Below are positions 58,301-64,000 of a stretch of 64,000 nt of DNA, piece after piece; the first letter of the stretch is position 1, and every line of letters begins with the position of its first letter. Made by a program: the position numbers and the translations under genes. The DNA comes from Paragordius varius. Its lineage: Eukaryota; Animalia; Nematomorpha. The stretch spans positions 1 through 64,000 of the forward strand of contig OZ176060.1 in assembly GCA_964247055.1 (NCBI GenBank), in the 5' to 3' direction. The notes under the pieces are model-generated. The model was given only the letters and a program-made list of their open reading frames with translations, did no database searches and was not told where the DNA came from.

Positions 58301-59184
58301 TAATGCAATGTACAATGAATTTAATAAAATACGTTTTAATTTGGTTTATGATTCTTATTTGATTGTTGGGTCTAATGCAGGATTTTGAATATAATTTTAC
58401 AACTAAAAACATTGGTCTTTTATTTGAGCTTCAATACGTATTCATCCTAAATTGATACTTGCTCGTCGCATTATTGATTATTTGGTTATATTTTGGATTC
58501 AACAATCTACCGTAAATAATGCAATGTTTAACACAATGAATTTTATTAAATACGTTCTAATTTGGTTAATGATTCTTATTTGATTGTTGGGTCTATATGC
58601 AGGATTTTGAATATAATTTTACAACTAAAAACATTGGTCTTTTATTTGAGCTTCAATACGTATTCATCCTAAATTGATACTTGCTCGTCGCATTATTGAT
58701 TATTTGGTTATATTTTGGATTCAACAATCTACCGTAAATAATGCAATGTACAATGAATTTAATAAAATACGTTTTAATTTGGTTTATGATTCTTATTTGA
58801 TTGTTGGGTCTATATGCAGGATTTTGAATATAATTTTACAACTAAAAACATTGGTCTTTTATTTGAGCTTCAATACGTATTCATCCTAAATTGATACTTG
58901 CTCGTCGCATTATTGATTATTTGGTTATATTTTGGATTGAACAATCTACCGTAAATAATGCAATGTACAATGAATTTAATAAAATACGTTTTAATTTGGT
59001 TTATGATTCTTATTTGATTGTTGGGTCTATATGCAGGATTTTGAATATAATTTTACAACTAAAAACATTGGTCTTTTATTTGAGCTTCAATACGTATTCA
59101 TCCTAAATTGATACTTGCTCGTCGCATTATTGATTATTTGGTTATATTTTGGATTCAACAATCTACCGTAAATAATGCAATGTA
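55375..59184. repeat. Duplicated block of about 1.6 kb at offset 2179
   Basis: The variants TTGAATTCAAC, GATTCTGATTTG, GTCTAATGC and TTTTATTAAATACGTTCTAA each occur in both copies. Paired starts are 55840/58019 and 56495/58674. Confidence 0.85.
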
Positions 59185-60642
59185 CAATGAATTTAATAAA
59201 ATACGTTTAAATTTGGTTAATGATTCTTATTTGATTGTTGGGTTTATGCAGTATTTTGAATATAATTTTACAACTAAAAAGATTGGTCTTTTATTTGAGC
59301 TTCAATACGTATTCATCCTAAATTGATATTTGCTCATCGCATTATTGATTATTTGGTTATTTGGATTCAACAATCTACCGTAAATAATGCAATGTTTAAC
59401 ACAATGAATTTAATAAAATACGTTTAAATTTGGTTTATGATTCTTATTTGATTGTTGGGTCTATATGAAGGATTTTGAATATAATTTTACAACTAAAAAC
59501 ATTGGTCTTTTATTTGAGCTTCAATACGTATTCATCCTAAATTGATACTTGCTCGTCGCATTATTGATTATTTGGTTATTTGGATTCAACAATCTACCGT
59601 AAATAAAGCAATGTTTAACACAATGAATTTAATAAAAAACGTTTTAATTTGGTTTATGATTCTTATTTGATTGTTGGGTCTATATGAAGGATTTTGAATA
59701 TAATTTTACAACAAAAAACATTGGTCTTTTATTTGAGCTTCAATACGTATTCATCCTAAATTGATACTTGCTCGTCGCATTATTGTGTGTTAAAAAATCG
59801 ATATTAAAAGTATTTTTGGATTCAACAATCTACCGTAAATAATGCAATGTTTAACACAATGAATTTAATTAAATACGTTTTAATTTGGTTTATGATTCTT
59901 ATTTGATTGTTGGTATATGCAGGATTTTGAATATAATTTTACAACTAAAAAGATTGGTCTTTTATTTGAGCTTCAATACGTATTCATCCTAAATTGATAC
60001 TTGCTCGTCGCATTATTGATTATTTGGTTATATTTTGGATTTAACGATCTACCGTAAATAATGCAATGTACAATGAATTTAATAAAATATGTTTTAATTT
60101 GGTTTATGATTCTTATTTGATTGTTGGGTCTATATGCAGGATTTTGAATATAATTTTACAACTAAAAACATTGGTCTTTTATTTGAGCTTCAATACGTAT
60201 TCATCCTAAATTGATACTTGCTCGTCGCATTATTGATTATTTGGTTATATTTTGGATTCAACAATCTACCGTAAATAATGCAATGTACAATGAATTTAAT
60301 AAAATACGTTTTAATTTGGTTTATGATTCTTATTTGATTGTTGGGTCTATATGCAGGATTTTGAATATAATTTTACAACTAAAAACATTGGTCTTTTATT
60401 TGAGCTTCAATACGTATTCATCCTAAATTGATACTTGCTCGTCGCATTATTGATTATTTGGTTATTTGGATTCAACAATCTACCGTAAATAATGCAATGT
60501 TTAACACAATGGATTTAATAAAAAACGTTTTAATTTGGTTTATGAATTTATTTGATTGTTGGTATATGCAGGATTTTGAATATAATTTTACAATTAAAAA
60601 GATTGGTCTTTTATTTGAGCTTCAATACGTATTCATCCTAAA

Positions 60643-62130
60643 TTGATACTTGCTCGTCGCATTATTGATTATTTGGTTATTTGGATTCAACAATCTACCG
60701 TAAATAATGCAATGTTTAACACAATGAATTTAATTGATACTTGCTCATCGCATTATTGATTATTTTTATTATAGAATCCATATTAAATGTATTTTTGGAT
60801 TCAACAATCTACCGTAAATAATGCAATGTTCAACACAGTGAATTCAATAAATACGTTTTAATTTGGTTAATAATTCTTATTTGATTGTTGGGTTTATGCA
60901 GGATTTTGAATATAATTTTACAATTAAAAAGATTGGTCTTTTATTTGAGCTTCAATACGTATTCATCCTAAATTGATACTTGCTCGTCGCATTATTGATT
61001 ATATGGTTATATTTTGGATTCAACAATCTACCGTAAATAATGCAATGTTTAACACAATGAATTTAATTAAATACGTTCTTTTGTTAATGATTCTTATTTG
61101 ATTGTTGGGTCTATATGCAGGATTTTGAATATAATTTTACAACTAAAAACATTGGTCTTTTATTTGAGCTTCAATACGTATTCATCCTAAATTGATACTT
61201 GCTCGTCGCATTATTGATTATTTGGTTATTTGGATTCAACAATCTACCGGAAATAATGCAATGTTTAACACAATGAATTTAATAAAATACGTTTAAATTT
61301 GGTTAATGATTCTTATTTGATTGTTGGGTCTATATGCAGGATTTTGAATATAATTTTACAACTAAAAACATTGGTCTTTTATTTGAGTTTCAATACGTAT
61401 TCATCCTAAATTGATACTTGCTCGTCGCATTATTGATTATTTGGTTATATTTTGAATTCAACAATCTACCGTAAATAATGCAATGTACAATGAATTTAAT
61501 AAAATACGTTTTAATTTGGTTTATGATTCTTATTTGATTGTTGGGTCTATATGCAGGATTTTGAATATAATTTTACAACTAAAAACATTGGTCTTTTATT
61601 TGAGCTTCAATACGTATTCATCCTAAATTGATACTTGCTCGTCGCATTATTGATTATTTGGTTATATTTTGGATTCAACAATCTACCGTAAATAATGCAA
61701 TGTACAATGAATTTAATAAAATACGTTTTAATTTAGTTTATGATTCTTATTTGATTGTTGGGTCTATATGCAGGATTTTGAATATAATTTTACAACTAAA
61801 AACATTGGTCTTTTATTTGAGCTTCAATACGTATTCATCCTAAATTGATACTTGCTCGTCGCATTATTGATTATTTGGTTATTTGGATTCAACAATCTAC
61901 CGTAAATAATGCAATGTTTAACACAATGAATTTAATTGATACTTGCTCATCGCATTATTGATTATTTTTATTATAGAATCCATATTAAATGTATTTTTGG
62001 ATTCAACAATCTACCGTAAATAATGCAATGTTCAACACAGTGAATTCAATAAATACGTTTTAATTTGGTTAATAATTCTTATTTGATTGTTGGGTTTATG
62101 CAGGATTTTGAATATAATTTTACAAGTATA
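60643..62130. repeat. Two copies (offset 1202) of a truncated monomer fused to a strongly diverged monomer with a second insert allele
   Basis: GAATTTAATTGATACTTGCTCATCGC...TTATTATAGAATCCATATTAAATGTATTTTTGG occurs at about 60725-60798 and about 61927-62000. Confidence 0.85.
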
Positions 62131-64000
62131 AACATTGGTCTTTTATTTGAGCTTCAATACGTATTCATCCTAAATTGATACTTGCTCGTCGCATTATTGA
62201 TTATTTGGTTATATTTTGGATTTAACAATCTACCGTAAATAATGCAATGTACAATGAATTTAATAAAATACGTTTTAATTTGGTTTATGATTCTTATTTG
62301 ATTGTTGGGTCTATATGCAGGATTTTGAATATAATTTTACAACTAAAAACATTGGTCTTTTATTTGAGCTTCAATACGTATTCATCCTAAATTGATACTT
62401 GCTCGTCGCATTATTGTGTGTTAAAAAATCGATATTAAAAGTATTTTTGGATTCAACAATCTACCGTAAATAATGCAATGAACACAATGAATTTAATAAA
62501 AAACGTTTTAATTTGGTTTATGATTCTTATTTGATTGTTGGTATATGCAGGGTTTTGAATATAATTTTACAACTAAAAACATTGGTCTTTTTTTGAGCTT
62601 CAATACGTATTCATCCTAAATTGATACTTGCTCGTCGCATTATTGATTATTTGGTTATATTTTGGATTTAACAATCTACCGTAAATAATGCAATGTACAA
62701 TGAATTTAATAAAAAACGTTTTAATTTGGTTTATGATTCTTATTTGATTGTTGGTATATGCAGGATTTTGAATATAATTTTACAACTAAAAACATTGGTC
62801 TTTTATTTGAGCGTCAATACGTATTCATCCTAAATTGATACTTGCTCGTCGCATTATTGATTATTTGGTTATTTGGATTCAACAATCTACCGTAAATAAT
62901 GCAATGTTTAACACAATGGATTTAATAAAAAACGTTTTAATTTGGTTTATGATTCTTATTTGATTGTTGGTATATGCAGGGTTTTGAATATAATTTTACA
63001 ACTAAAAACATTGGTCTTTTTTTGAGCTTCAATACGTATTCATCCTAAATTGATACTTGCTCGTCGCATTATTGATTATTTGGTTATATTTTGGATTTAA
63101 CAATCTACCGTAAATAATGCAATGTACAATGAATTTAATAAAAAACGTTTTAATTTGGTTTATGATTCTTATTTGATTGTTGGTATATGCAGGATTTTGA
63201 ATATAATTTTACAACTAAAAACATTGGTCTTTTATTTGAGCGTCAATACGTATTCATCCTAAATTGATACTTGCTCGTCGCATTATTGATTATTTGGTTA
63301 TTTAGATTCAACAATCTACCGTAAATAATGCAATGTTTAACACAATGAATTTAATAAAAAACGTTTTAATTTGGTTTATGATTCTTATTTGATTGTTGGG
63401 TCTATATGCAGGATTTTGAATATAATTTTACAACTAAAAACATTGGTCTTTTATTTGAGCTTCAATACGTATTCATCCTAAATTGATACTTGCTCGTCGC
63501 ATTATTGATTATTTGGTTATATTTTGGATTTTAACAATCTACCGTAAATAATGCAATGTACAATGAATTTAATAAAATACGTTTTAATTTGGTTTATGAT
63601 TCTTATTTGATTGTTGGGTCTATATGCAGGATTTTGAATATAATTTTACAACTAAAAAGATTGGTCTTTTATTTGAGCTTCAATACGTATTCATCCTAAA
63701 TTGATACTTGCTCGTCGCATTATTGATTATTTGGTTATATTTTGGATTTAACAATCTACCGTAAATAATGCAATGTACAATGAATTTAATAAAAAACGTT
63801 TTAATTTGGTTTATGATTCTTATTTGATTGTTGGTATATGCAGGATTTTGAATATAATTTTACAACTAAAAACATTGGTCTTTTATTTGAGCTTCAATAC
63901 GTATTCATCCTAAATTGATACTTGCTCGTCGCATTATTGATTATTTGGTTATATTTTGAATTCAACAATCTACCGTAAATAATGCAATGTTTAACACAAT

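Larger units (their letters stand above)
3598..64000. repeat. Subtelomeric AT-rich tandem satellite, monomer about 204-236 bp, roughly 280 head-to-tail copies, family not recognised
   Basis: The unit TTGATACTTGCTCGTCGCATTATTG...TTCAATACGTATTCATCCTAAA recurs in one orientation every 204-236 bp to the end of the window. No unrelated sequence interrupts it. Confidence 0.99.
28127..64000. repeat. Proximal satellite domain: 211-236-bp monomers with more variant classes and no 204-bp monomer
   Basis: Variants such as GGTTATTTGG, CAATGGATTT, ATATGAAGG, GCAGGGTTTT, the 28-nt insert allele and the 12-bp boundary deletion are common here. Confidence 0.85.

Noticed and set aside
56036-58412. Two minus-strand 65-aa ORFs (56036-56233 and 58215-58412)
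   Set aside because: They are created by a 1-bp deletion (GTCTAATGC) in one monomer that was copied by the 2179-bp duplication, so they are incidental.
3737-61843. About 75 near-identical 60-80 aa ORFs (MILARRIIDYLVIFW...) in the ORF track
   Set aside because: They are one TTG-started frame inside 217/214-bp monomers. The frame is open only because of the 5-bp TTAAC deletion and is broken in the 204, 219, 222 and 236-bp forms. I recognise no domain, and there is no sign of codon-level constraint. A stop-free frame of 71 codons is somewhat unlikely at this composition, but it is a single event amplified many times. Ribosome profiling or proteomics would be needed to revive it.
62500-63300. 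Small two-monomer tandem duplication with period 429 bp
   Set aside because: It is real (monomer starts 62621/63050), but it is an ordinary instance of the local duplication process already reported.
3598-64000. CRISPR-like or diversity-cassette interpretation of the repeats
   Set aside because: There are no unique spacers. Whole monomers repeat with small indels and SNPs, there are no associated genes, and the context is a eukaryotic telomere.
3598-64000. Many indels are multiples of 3 (-3, -6, -12, -15/-18, -90), suggesting coding constraint or an alternative genetic code
   Set aside because: A hand tally gives about 11 of 26 distinct indels, close to the one-third expected by chance. The 222-bp unit has both TAA and TGA stops in each plus-strand frame, and the ORF track shows no monomer-spanning minus-strand frame.
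3598-64000. Telomere-specific retrotransposon, tRNA/5S array or CENP-B box
   Set aside because: There is no RT or endonuclease ORF, poly(A) tail, LTR or target-site duplication. I see no cloverleaf or Pol III A/B boxes, and no TTCG....A..CGGG motif.

Overview
This window is the left end of a eukaryotic chromosome, and I find no supportable genes in it. Positions 1-3599 are a telomeric (CCCTAA)n tract of about 600 repeats, reading TTAGGG on the minus strand. It joins with no transition zone, partway through a monomer, to one uninterrupted head-to-tail AT-rich satellite (about 26% GC) that fills 3598-64000 and runs off the window. The satellite has roughly 280 monomers of about 204-236 bp, and I do not recognise the family. 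All ORFs in the supplied track are the same incidental frame within this monomer. The interest lies in the array architecture. The telomere junction looks like de novo telomere addition onto a broken satellite. The monomer appears to be an ancient dimer of about 110-bp halves. A distal domain (to about 28.1 kb) is defined by a 204-bp deletion monomer and a 349-bp fusion cassette, and it ends at scarred junctions. The more diverse proximal domain carries relic insert alleles. Nested tandem and dispersed duplications have periods from 0.8 to 13 kb. I cannot support a novel gene system here. All counts and alignments were done by hand and need computational confirmation.
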